This document shows, one piece after another, positions 31,101 through 42,450 of a stretch of DNA of 64,000 nucleotides. Below the pieces are notes generated by a model. The model made no database searches. It was not told the DNA's origin and saw only the letters and a program-made list of their open reading frames with translations. Numbering within the stretch: position 1 is the stretch's first letter; each line of letters begins with the position of its first letter. The DNA comes from Longimicrobiales bacterium (GTDB taxonomy: Bacteria > Gemmatimonadota > Gemmatimonadetes > Longimicrobiales > Gaopeijiaceae), in the NCBI GenBank assembly GCA_035458765.1, contig DATHZE010000048.1, positions 4,996 to 68,995 on the forward strand, written 5' to 3'. Made by a program: the position numbers and the translations under genes.

Positions 31101-32033
31101 GTGGGCCAGGGTGGACAGCACCGCTCCCGCGTCCAGGGGGCGCCCGTGGCGACGGCCTCCTCCCAGGGCGGTCACCGAGTCGCCGCGTCGCGCGGCTTCG
31201 GCCAGCTCGGTCCAGGTGAGCGCCAACTGCACGCCGGCGGCTTCTCCCTCGGCGCCGGAGGGCACCGACTCGGTGTGGCCGCCCAACCCGACCTGCACGT
31301 CCCCCTGGAGGCCGCCCCATCGCGCGGCCCGGATGGTGAGGGGGACCCGGAGCGTGCCCGTGGCTGCGTCCAGCACCGCGGAGGCCGCCACGGCCGGGGG
31401 CGACAGCGTCACGGCGGGCGCTGGCGCCGAGGCCACGACGGCGTCGGCCGGCCGGTCGACCCCGAGGACCAGGTCGTTGATGTCGTCCTGGCTGTCGGCC
31501 AGGAGCCGACCGCTCAGGCCGAAGCCTCCGCCCCTGTTCACCACCTTCAACAGGAGGCGGTTGGCGCCGGCAGCCAGGCGAACGGTGGCGGTATCGGTGC
31601 CGCTCCCCACCCCCCGAGCCACCTCGTGGTCCACCACCAGAGTGCCGTTGAGCCACACCCGCAGATCGTCGTCGGACTCGAAGGCCAAGGTGACGGTGCG
31701 GTCCTCCGGTGTCGTGATCCAGGTGAACGCGTAGCTCGCTGCGTTGGCGACCGGGGAGATGCCCGCCAGAACGGGGAGCAGGTCCAGACGGCCCAGGTTG
31801 GCCGTCTCGGCGGTGGCGTGCATCCAGGTGCGGCCGTCGGCTTCCTCCCCCACGCGGGGCGCGGCGTCTGCCTCGCCCGGCAGGTACGGCCGGGTGACGC
31901 GCTCCGACCCCTCCACCACCCCCCAGGTGCCCAGGACGAGCCACTCCGGGATGGGCCGGTCCACCTGTCCCAGAGCTGGGAGGGCGGTGAGGAGGAGTGT
32001 GAGGAGGGGGATCGCTAGGGAACGGCGGTTCAT
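28122..32033 (-). CDS. GH38 alpha-mannosidase with ~490-aa N-terminal extension
   Basis: GNSHIDAAWLWRW and WIPDTFGYAW (nucleophile region). Signal peptide. Confidence 0.88.
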   Translation of the reverse strand: MNRRSLAIPLLTLLLTALPALGQVDRPIPEWLVLGTWGVVEGSERVTRPYLPGEADAAPRVGEEADGRTWMHATAETANLGRLDLLPVLAGISPVANAASYAFTWITTPEDRTVTLAFESDDDLRVWLNGTLVVDHEVARGVGSGTDTATVRLAAGANRLLLKVVNRGGGFGLSGRLLADSQDDINDLVLGVDRPADAVVASAPAPAVTLSPPAVAASAVLDAATGTLRVPLTIRAARWGGLQGDVQVGLGGHTESVPSGAEGEAAGVQLALTWTELAEAARRGDSVTALGGGRRHGRPLDAGAVLSTLAHPVAVDGWQWRDTAGSWQPLPTADAYGVDAGVRRRAAELTFRTRIPRGLGGLTLQMDAAEFGPEAAFTVDGAVRRPDATGRVTLCGPCNPGDSLAVTLRPASEAWWDPPRLLVPDAGWFEMDQGARWARFFLGDAAAVSPGRDVATELLSRSLDPDKTRYRALVTEWMQRLEPAARTITADTIDLVGNSHIDAAWLWRWPETVDVVRNTWRSATKLLAKYPEATYAASAAQYYVWLEQYEPALLEEIKELATQGRWELVGGWWVEPDVNVPSGEALVRQGLYGQRTFQRIFGNKARVAWIPDTFGYAWTLPQIFKKAGFDYFVTQKLRWNDTDKWSADRNLFWWQGRDGSRILTYVPYGYSHHLESDRLGAEWIASRDSTPGGRMMVLYGVGDHGGGPTMEMMERRRALERVPTYPHLGGDLPNVALERMRADGGGDAPVIDDELYLEYHRGVFTSQAETKAWNRRMESLLGAAEALSAHASTLPPGDEWYNYPRGALTQAWERTLFNQFHDILPGSGIGEIYLDADADYREAQRLATLALERAGEQVARTLDTRPLFDAARPWVVLNPSGRVRSGAVALPWRGGDVRVVDGDGRDLPSAVRGDTLHFRVDDVPATGGKVVFLVPATSGPGSGASPAPGTPAATSTPAVAPIVLENARLRVEVDPVTGELARVHDKIRGREVLLPAGGGNRLATMVDTPLQWDAWNIDSVDGPWFPVADTVRTTAVTTDPTGSSMTVIRADAWGHYEQRLFLPADEARLDVATVAEWRADHRLLKASFPLAVRADSVWAELPYGAMARPSVPITPKDTARFEMPTQRWIDASAGGWGVSLINDSKYGYDVRGDTLRLTLLKAASYPDPEADRGTQRFQYSLLVHDGDWRSGATEAAAEEMNQPLRAVAVSAHPGQGRARGFAQVDGVELGALKMAEDGDDLVVRLVERHGGATRATLTFPWPFEWQEADLLEEGTGPWTAAPEAAAGIGLEPWEIRTLRIRRR

Positions 32034-32195
32034 GGGTGACCCTCACAGGCGAGCGGGTGCGGCGGCGTGCCGGTGATGCGTACCCACCGCGCGGAGAAGC
32101 GTCAAGCTCACCCGACCTTTCGCCGCAGTTCGACGCCGGGGATATTCACCCCGCACCCCGTGACGGAGCGGGGGGACTTCGGAGAGGACGGGGAC

Positions 32196-32633
32196 ATGGA
32201 CTCGAACCGCAGGTTCTCGGAGCGGGAGGTCGCTCTGGTCCTACGGAAGGCCACGGAACTGGAGCAGATCGCTTCGGAAGTGGGCATCTCGCCCGCCCTC
32301 ATCCAAAGGGCGGTGGCGGAGATCGACCGGAAGGCCAGAAGCAATCCCCTGGCCGGTGCGCCCCTGTCCAGCGAGTCCATTCGCGCCGTGACCGGGGAAC
32401 TGGGCGCCGAGGGCGTGGCGGCCCTGGTCGCCGCAGTGGAACGCAACAGCGATCTGGTGGGCGAAGTCACCGAGGCAGTGGGCACAACCCGGTGGACCGC
32501 TCGGGGCCGGTTCGGCTGGACCCGGTTCGCGGGCAGGCGGGCCGCCCGGGTGGACAAGCTGGCCGGCGAGTTGGCGCAAGAAGCCGCGAGCGCCGCGCGG
32601 TCCGATGGCGGTGGAGAGGATCCACGCCGGTGA
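32196..32633 (+). CDS. small hypothetical protein translationally coupled to the GH63-like gene
   Basis: High GC3. GGAGAGGA precedes ATG 32196. Stop TGA overlaps the downstream GTG (GTGA at 32630-32633). N-terminal helix FSEREVALVLRKATELEQ. Confidence 0.5.
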   Translation: MDSNRRFSEREVALVLRKATELEQIASEVGISPALIQRAVAEIDRKARSNPLAGAPLSSESIRAVTGELGAEGVAALVAAVERNSDLVGEVTEAVGTTRWTARGRFGWTRFAGRRAARVDKLAGELAQEAASAARSDGGGEDPRR

Positions 32634-34645
32634 CCACGGCAAAGGGCGTCGGCCTGCTCCTGGGCTCCGTCCTGTGGGCGTGTGCCGCGCCGGGCCACCG
32701 CGCCGACGCGTTCACAGACGTCCTGGATGTCACCGGGGTACCTGACAGCGCGCGGGACGAGCGCGTGTTCGCGTTCTCGGACCAGGGCGCGTGGCACATG
32801 TTCGGGCTTCCCGACGTGACGGCCGGGGATCCGGTAGGCGGCTTCACCGGCCCGTTTCTTCTCACGGACGGCGGGGTCTGGCTGGGGCGCTCGCTGGCGG
32901 GGCTCGCCGTCTGGCAGGAGGGCCAGGAGCAGCCGCTCGCCTGGGGGGCGGGACCGGATGCGGTGGTTTCCGCGCTTCCCGGGCGCCTGCACCAGGAGAT
33001 GTCTGCGGGTGTCGTGGACGCCACCCTGGATCTGGTCTTCGCTTCGGGTCGGAGTGCCCTGGTGCGGGCCACGGTGGCCAACCGCAGCGCCCAAGTCGTC
33101 ACCCTCGCGCCCGGCTGGGTCGGGGACGCGGCCCTGAGTCCGGCCCGGATCATGCCCGACGAGGACGGAGTCCAGATCCGCGTGGAGGGGTCGTCCACGG
33201 TGGTGGACCTGCAGCTCCCCCAGAACAGGACCTGGGAAGCAGCGGTCGGGTCCGAGGGCTCGTTCGAGCTGCGCATGTCCCCGGTGGTGCTGGATCCGGG
33301 CGCGGCCATCACGGAGTACCTGTTGGTATCCGCATACGAGAGCGCTACGGCCATGGAGGGGGACCGGGCCCGGCGCGGGCGCCTCCTGGCTGACGCCCCG
33401 GTGCAGATGGACGCCCAGGCCGTCCGGTGGGAAGGGTACCTGGCTTCGGCCCTGGGCCGGCTCCGCGGCGACGCCTCCCCCATCCATCGTCGCATCGCGG
33501 TGAAGGCCGTGCAGACGCTGCTCTCGAATTGGCGGTCCCCCCTGGGAGACCTGAGGCACGACGGGTTGTTTCCCTCTTTCGCCTACCGCGGTTTCCACGG
33601 CGTCTGGTCGTGGGACTCGTGGAAGCACGCCCGGGCCTTGGCCCTCTTCGCGCCGGAGCTGGCTGAGGAACAGATGCGGGTGATGCTGGACTGGCAGGAC
33701 GGCGCGGGCATGGTGCCCGACGTCATCTACGCCGACAGCACAGAGAACAATTGGCGCGACACCAAGCCTCCGCTGGCGGCCTGGGCCGTGGCCGGGATCT
33801 TCGACGCCACCGGAGACACGGCCTTCGTCCGGGAGGTCTACCCGGCTCTGGTCGCATACCACGCCTGGTGGTACGACAACCGCGACCACGACGGCGACGG
33901 GCTGTGTGAGTACGGATCCACCGACGGAACGCGCATCGCTGCGGCGTGGGAAAGCGGCATGGACAATGCCGTGCGCTTCGATGAAGCAGTCATGCTGGAG
34001 AATCACGAAGGTGCCTGGTCGCTCGATCAGGAGTCGGTGGATCTGAACGCATACCTGTATGCCGAGAAGGGGTACCTGGCGGAGATGGCCGAGGCTTTGG
34101 GACGCGCTGACGAAGCGCGGGCATACAGGGTGGCTGCGGACAAGCTGCGCACACGCATCCGTGACACCATGTTCGACGAGGAGACCGGCTACTTCTACGA
34201 CGTGCGCATGAACTCGGGAGAGCCGATCCGCGTGCAGGGGCCGGAAGGATGGATTCCCCTTTGGGCCGGCGTTGCCACCGACGAACAGGCTCGGCGCGTG
34301 GCCGCGGTCATGATGGATCCGGAGAAGTTCTTCTCGCTGGTGCCGCTCCCCACGTTGTCGATGGCGCGCTCAGAGTTCGACCCCGCCGACGGCTACTGGC
34401 GCGGTCCCGTCTGGCTGGATCAGGCGTACTTCGGGGTGCGTGGCCTGGAACGGTATGGATTCATGGACGAAGGCGACGCGCTGCGCGCCCGACTCCTGGA
34501 CGCACCGGCGGGGCTGACGGGGCAGGGGCCCATCTTCGAGAACTACGATCCCCGCACCGGCGAGGGACTCAACGCGCCCCACTTCAGTTGGTCGGCGGCC
34601 CACCTGCTCATGCTGCTGGACGCCCACGATGGACGGCGCCCCTAG
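32630..34645 (+). CDS. GH63/MGH1-like (alpha/alpha)6-barrel glycoside hydrolase (YgjK/trehalase-like), lipoprotein
   Basis: WDSWKHA...TKPPLAAWA...HDGDGLCEYG...WESGMDN...WRGPVWLDQAYF...ENYDPRTGEG. Lipobox-like LWAC after GTG 32630. Confidence 0.82.
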   Translation: MTTAKGVGLLLGSVLWACAAPGHRADAFTDVLDVTGVPDSARDERVFAFSDQGAWHMFGLPDVTAGDPVGGFTGPFLLTDGGVWLGRSLAGLAVWQEGQEQPLAWGAGPDAVVSALPGRLHQEMSAGVVDATLDLVFASGRSALVRATVANRSAQVVTLAPGWVGDAALSPARIMPDEDGVQIRVEGSSTVVDLQLPQNRTWEAAVGSEGSFELRMSPVVLDPGAAITEYLLVSAYESATAMEGDRARRGRLLADAPVQMDAQAVRWEGYLASALGRLRGDASPIHRRIAVKAVQTLLSNWRSPLGDLRHDGLFPSFAYRGFHGVWSWDSWKHARALALFAPELAEEQMRVMLDWQDGAGMVPDVIYADSTENNWRDTKPPLAAWAVAGIFDATGDTAFVREVYPALVAYHAWWYDNRDHDGDGLCEYGSTDGTRIAAAWESGMDNAVRFDEAVMLENHEGAWSLDQESVDLNAYLYAEKGYLAEMAEALGRADEARAYRVAADKLRTRIRDTMFDEETGYFYDVRMNSGEPIRVQGPEGWIPLWAGVATDEQARRVAAVMMDPEKFFSLVPLPTLSMARSEFDPADGYWRGPVWLDQAYFGVRGLERYGFMDEGDALRARLLDAPAGLTGQGPIFENYDPRTGEGLNAPHFSWSAAHLLMLLDAHDGRRP

Positions 34646-34660
34646 GGACGCGTTGTCTTC

Positions 34661-36097
34661 CTATCGAACGGCCTTCAACACCTCGCGAGTCAGCCCCCAC
34701 CGATCGAAGCCCTGGCGTCCCCAGTCGAGGCCCCGGCGCACGATGACCAGGTTCCTGGACGGCACCACGATGACGAACTGACCGCGGTTGCCGGAGGTGG
34801 AGTAGGCGTCGGGGGGCACCTCGTCCTTCCGGTTGTCGGGGACCAGCCACCACTGCCCGCCATAGGCGTTGCCGATGGTGGCGGTGGCCGGCGCCGGCGT
34901 GCGCTCGAAGTCGATCCACTCCTGGGAGAGGATGCGCTCTCCGTTCCACACCCCGCCCTGCTGGTACAGCAGGCCGAAGCGCGCCAGGTCCCGGGCGTTG
35001 GTGTAGACCTGGCTGCTCAGGATGAAGTCGCCGAAGCGGTCGGTGCTCAGGAGCGTGTTGCGCATGCCGATCTTGTCCAGGAGCGCCTTGCGCGGGAATT
35101 CGAGATACGCCTGAGGATCGCCGATGGCTTCCTTCATTTTGTAGACGGCCAGGAGCGTCTCGTAGTTCTCGTAGTCCCACACCGTGCCCGGTTCGCGTAC
35201 CAGCGCCTTGCGGAGGGCGCCCTGCACCGAGCTGGCTCCGGCCCAGTAGGACATCCCCGACCCCGTGGCGTACTCGAGTCCTCCGTTGTCGATGGGGTAG
35301 AGGCCACTGGACATGTTCAGGACGTGGCGGAGCGTGATGGCGTTCCGTGGGTCGGTCTCCGGTGAGAGCGCTCTGGGCTGCCAGTCGAAGCCCAGAGGCT
35401 CGTCCAGGTGCATCCTGCCCTCGTCCACCAGGATGCCGACGAGCGTTGCCGCGATGCTCTTGGCGGTTGACCACGTGCGGGTTCGGGTGTGCATGTCCAC
35501 GCCGGGGGCGTAGCGCTCGTGGATGATCTGGCCGTTGTGCAGCACCACGAGGCTCAGGGTGACCTGCTCCGGCGTGGGGCGATCGAAGGCCCAGTCCGAC
35601 GCCGCCTGAAGGGCCGCCGCGTCCACGTTGGCCGGGAGGGGTGCGTCCTCGACCAGGTCGCCGTCGGGCCACGGGATCGTGTCCGGGTCCCCGGCCAGGG
35701 GTGGCGTGAGGAGCACGGGGAGCTCGTCGATGTCTTCGAAGTCCTGGTCCGGCGACAGGATGACGCACCCGATCCCCTCCCGGAACGCGGCGCGCATGAC
35801 GGGGGCTCCGCTCCACGGCGAGCCGATGGCGACGGCCCTGCGTTCCCGGTCGACCTGGTAGTCGCCCCCGCTTGGCGTCCCGATGGGCTGTGGGAGGAAG
35901 GCCAACTCCTGAGCGTAGACCTGCTCGAGGGTCCGGTTGGACGTGAACAGCCCGTTGCACGTGAGAATGGCCTGCTGGCCCCTGCGGATCATGTCCCTCT
36001 GTGGCGACCAGTAGTCGAAGGTCTCCCGCTGCTGGGCCTGGGCAGCGCCCGGAAGCGTGAGGGCGGAGCAGAGGGCGGCGGCGAACAAGCGCTTCAT
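34661..36097 (-). CDS. secreted beta-lactamase-family serine hydrolase
   Basis: SxxK motif WSTAKSIAATLVG and a YEN motif. Signal peptide MKRLFAAALCSALTLPGAAQA. Confidence 0.85.
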   Translation of the reverse strand: MKRLFAAALCSALTLPGAAQAQQRETFDYWSPQRDMIRRGQQAILTCNGLFTSNRTLEQVYAQELAFLPQPIGTPSGGDYQVDRERRAVAIGSPWSGAPVMRAAFREGIGCVILSPDQDFEDIDELPVLLTPPLAGDPDTIPWPDGDLVEDAPLPANVDAAALQAASDWAFDRPTPEQVTLSLVVLHNGQIIHERYAPGVDMHTRTRTWSTAKSIAATLVGILVDEGRMHLDEPLGFDWQPRALSPETDPRNAITLRHVLNMSSGLYPIDNGGLEYATGSGMSYWAGASSVQGALRKALVREPGTVWDYENYETLLAVYKMKEAIGDPQAYLEFPRKALLDKIGMRNTLLSTDRFGDFILSSQVYTNARDLARFGLLYQQGGVWNGERILSQEWIDFERTPAPATATIGNAYGGQWWLVPDNRKDEVPPDAYSTSGNRGQFVIVVPSRNLVIVRRGLDWGRQGFDRWGLTREVLKAVR

Positions 36098-36277
36098 GAG
36101 AGGTCCAACCGGGTCGGCGGTTCGGGATCACGAGGGGGTGGCAGGAAGGTAGAGGCCTCCCGGTGTGGTTGCGACCCCCGGGGCGTTCGTTCTCCATCGT
36201 CACGTGCGTCTTGCCGGGCGGACGTCTGTCCTCCCATTCTCCTCCATCCAGTTGGACGGACTTCTGCCCAGGCCCCC

Positions 36278-36805
36278 ATGAGCGTATCGGATCCGGGTTC
36301 CGTACGTGCTCGACCGTCACCCTCGTCTTGCCGCATCCGCGTCGTCCAGGAGGACGGGCGCCTGGCGGTGCGCGCGGTGGAGCGCATCGCGAAGGGCCAA
36401 ACCGTCCTTCGGGTCGTCGGCCTGAAGGCTGCGCACCCGACACGTCATTCGCTTCAGGTCGGCTGGCATACGCACGTCTCTTGTCCCTCCGACATGCCCC
36501 CCCACGTGGCCGCGTCGGACTACGGTTGGCGCTTTCTGAACCACTCGTGCGCGCCCAACGCATACCTGCGGGGACTGGTCCTGACCGCCTTGGCGGACAT
36601 CGAAGAGGGTGCGGAGATCACGTTCGACTACAACACCACCGAGTGGGACATCGCGCACCCGTTCGCGTGTGCCTGCGGAGCGCCTGTCTGCGTGGGAGCC
36701 GTGAAGGGGTTCCGGCACCTTGATACGGCGCAACGCGCGCGGTTGCGTCCTTATCTTCCCCGGTACCTCAAGGCGAAGCTGCCGAGGACCGGACTTCCCG
36801 CCTAG
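36278..36805 (+). CDS. SET domain protein with post-SET Cys cluster (putative protein lysine methyltransferase)
   Basis: RFLNHSCAPNAY, EITFDY, CACGAPVC. N-SET-like IRVVQEDGRLAVRAVERIAKGQTVL. The only in-frame start before the domain is ATG 36278. Confidence 0.8.
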   Translation: MSVSDPGSVRARPSPSSCRIRVVQEDGRLAVRAVERIAKGQTVLRVVGLKAAHPTRHSLQVGWHTHVSCPSDMPPHVAASDYGWRFLNHSCAPNAYLRGLVLTALADIEEGAEITFDYNTTEWDIAHPFACACGAPVCVGAVKGFRHLDTAQRARLRPYLPRYLKAKLPRTGLPA

Positions 36806-37650
36806 ACGCCGAAGACCCTCTTGGGGTTGTCGTACATCACGGCGCGCAGCGTGTCGTCCCGGAGTCCCATGGCGTGGAAGCCCTCCCAGTAGCGGTCCCA
36901 GCTCAACCCGTTGGAGCCGAACAGGACCTTCTCCGCGCCCACCCGGGAGTTCATGAAGCCCACCAGCGTCGGGGTGAAATACTTGGGCAGCCACGCGCTC
37001 ACCGACAGGTATACGTTGGGCCACTTCGTGGTGACGGCGATGAGCTCGTCCACCCAGGGCCATCCGGTGTGCGTCCCCACCAGCGTGAGCCCAGGGAAGT
37101 CGCACGCGATGCGGTCGATCTGGATAGGACGCCCGTGCTCGCTGGGCATGGCTTCGAGGACGTGTCCCACCTGCATGGACACGGCCACGCCGAGTCCCTC
37201 GCATGCGGCGTAGAGCGGGTACATCTTCCGATGGTCCAGGGGGATGTCGTAACCGTAGATGTGGATGTACACGCCCTTGTAGCCGCGCTTGGTGACGTCC
37301 TCCTCCAGCTTGTCCAGGCTCGCCCTGATGTTGAACGGGTCGTAGTCGGCCAGACCATAGATCCGCCCGGGAAATTTCGTCTTGAGCGCGGAGATCGTCT
37401 CCGTCATGTCCATGGCGAAGCGCTGCTGCCTGGGGTAGGACCACGCCAGGAGGTCGGTGGCCAACACCGACTCGATGTTCGCCGCGTCCATTGCGGCGAT
37501 GAGGGCGTCGCCGTCGTCGTATCCGTCACCCCACGCCAGCTCCACCTTGCACTTGAGCTCTCCGGCGGAGTTGGTGGCCTGGACCCAACTGTTCTTCCAT
37601 TCCTTCAAGAGCAGTGGAAAGAGCGTGTCGACGGCCTTGAGGTCACCCAT
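36802..37650 (-). CDS. amidohydrolase_2 (COG2159) fold protein lacking the canonical HxH and Asp residues
   Basis: Family-like blocks GYKGVYIHIYG...LGVAVSMQVGH...FPGLTLVGTHTGWPW...PNVYLSVSAW...KVLFGSNGLSW. Its stop codon overlaps the SET stop (CTAG at 36802-36805). Confidence 0.8.
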   Translation of the reverse strand: MGDLKAVDTLFPLLLKEWKNSWVQATNSAGELKCKVELAWGDGYDDGDALIAAMDAANIESVLATDLLAWSYPRQQRFAMDMTETISALKTKFPGRIYGLADYDPFNIRASLDKLEEDVTKRGYKGVYIHIYGYDIPLDHRKMYPLYAACEGLGVAVSMQVGHVLEAMPSEHGRPIQIDRIACDFPGLTLVGTHTGWPWVDELIAVTTKWPNVYLSVSAWLPKYFTPTLVGFMNSRVGAEKVLFGSNGLSWDRYWEGFHAMGLRDDTLRAVMYDNPKRVFGV

Positions 37651-37848
37651 GGATCCAATCCCCTGTTGTTCGTGATGCCCCTGCGTGCGGTCGGGACCGG
37701 GCGGATGGCGGATCAGACGATCCGCCTTCCGGGGCGCCCGGCCCTCTTTCCATGGTAAGGGCAGGGGACCGTTCTGGCAGTAAGGAAAAGCCTGACAGCG
37801 GCACGGGGAGCTCCCGCATCGCCCTGGCCCCGCGTCGGTCCGGCGCGG

Positions 37849-41100
<3,252 letters not shown>

Positions 41101-41124
41101 TCACGGCTGGCTACCGCGCCGGTC

Positions 41125-41310
41125 GTGAAACCCGACGCCCACGACGCCGACCCGGGGGGACGGTATTCCTTCGCGGTCTTCAAGCTCTTCTACGCCTTCG
41201 ACTGGGCCTACCTGGCGTTCGTGCATCTGGGGCTCGACCCCATCCGCGATCCGCTCCGCCCGGAGCCGCGGTTCAGGGCGCTGCTGGAGGAATCGAGCTT
41301 CGGGGAGTGA
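41125..41310 (+). pseudogene. orphan C-terminal fragment of a TPR-domain protein (relic or 61-aa remnant ORF)
   Basis: High-GC3 stretch ending ...FDWAYLAFVHLGLDPIRDPLRPEPRFRALLEESSFGE*. It parallels the C-terminus of the kinase at 4136-6469 (...DPIFDFIRDEPRFQALVDSLGLPR). Confidence 0.3.
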
Positions 41311-41401
41311 GGGACGGAGGGTCGCTCGCCTTTCGTTTCCCTTCCCTCCCCCAGTCCATATCTTACGAAGAGCCTGCCCGCGCTCTAGCCAGGAGGTCAG
41401 C

Positions 41402-42403
41402 GTGGCCCGTCTGGGTGTCCATGCCATGGACCGGAGGCGTTTCCTGAAAGGGACTGCCGCGGGGTTGGTCGTGCTCCCCTACCTCGACTTCGAGGCTCTG
41501 GCGGGAGGCGGCCGCAGGCGCGCCTCCACCGTGGCCCTCGTCCGGGCGTCGAACCGTCGAGAGGGCGTGGCGCGGGCCATGGCGCTGTTGAATCCCACGG
41601 GCATGGCCGGCAAGCGGGTCGTGCTCAAGCCGAACTTCAACAGCGCGGACGGGGGTCCGGCGGGGACCCACGACGACACGCTGACCCAGCTCATCACGGA
41701 ACTCAAGGAACGTGACGCCCGTGACGTCACCGTGGGAGAGTCCAGCGGTCCCAGCGGCACCGCGTCGGTGATGGCGGCCAAGGGGACGCTGGACCTGGCC
41801 AGCGACCACGGCTTCGGCGTGGTGGATTTCGATGAGCTTCCGGAGTCGGAGTGGGTCCACTTCAGCCCGGCCGGGACCCATTGGCCCGAGGGGTTCCATC
41901 TCCCGCGCGTGGTCAGCGACGCGGAGTACCTGGTGAGCACCTGCTGCTTGAAGACCCACGGGTTCGGAGGCGTCTTCACCATGTCCCTCAAGCTCGCCGT
42001 GGGCCTCACGCCCCGCCCCATCCGCCGGGGGATGCACCGCTCTCCCGACATGCGCCGGATGATCGCCGAGTTGAACCAGGGCTACGCGCCGGACCTCATC
42101 GTCATGGATGGCCTGGAGGCCTTCACCGACGGTGGGCCGTCCCAGGGCACGCTCAAGCAGGCCAACGTGTTCGTGGCAGGGACCGACCGGGTGGCGGTGG
42201 ACGCCGTGGGCGTGGCGATCCTCAAGGAACTGGGCTCCAACGACGCCATCATGGGGACTCCCATCTTCGCCCAGGAGCAGATCGCCCGGGCCGTGGAGGT
42301 GGGGCTGGGGATTCGGGGTCCCGGCGAGATCGAGCTCGTCAGCGACGACACGGAAGGGTGGACCTACGCCGCCCTTCTGAAGGGGATCCTGGCGCAGGGC
42401 TGA
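41402..42403 (+). CDS. Tat-exported DUF362 domain protein
   Basis: Twin-arginine motif DRRRFLKG and the DUF362-like VVLKPNFN. AGGAGG 5 nt upstream of GTG 41402. Confidence 0.8.
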   Translation: MARLGVHAMDRRRFLKGTAAGLVVLPYLDFEALAGGGRRRASTVALVRASNRREGVARAMALLNPTGMAGKRVVLKPNFNSADGGPAGTHDDTLTQLITELKERDARDVTVGESSGPSGTASVMAAKGTLDLASDHGFGVVDFDELPESEWVHFSPAGTHWPEGFHLPRVVSDAEYLVSTCCLKTHGFGGVFTMSLKLAVGLTPRPIRRGMHRSPDMRRMIAELNQGYAPDLIVMDGLEAFTDGGPSQGTLKQANVFVAGTDRVAVDAVGVAILKELGSNDAIMGTPIFAQEQIARAVEVGLGIRGPGEIELVSDDTEGWTYAALLKGILAQG

Positions 42404-42450
42404 AGCTGCCGGCAGGTTGTGCGACGACCTGTCCCCCGCATGAGGTCCCT

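Noticed and set aside
28287-32018. Very long alternative ORFs opposite to or overlapping the called genes. Examples: 28287-32018 (+), 1223-3016 (-), 4709-6232 (+), 32108-34006 (-), 34608-36563 (-), 38744-40897 (-), 42364-44043 (-), 45153-47495 (-), 61754-63961 (-).
   Set aside because: Their translations are Arg/Gly/Pro/His-rich low-complexity strings with no motifs. Each is covered by a gene in another frame or strand with clear family signatures and GC3 bias. These are typical shadow ORFs of high-G+C DNA.
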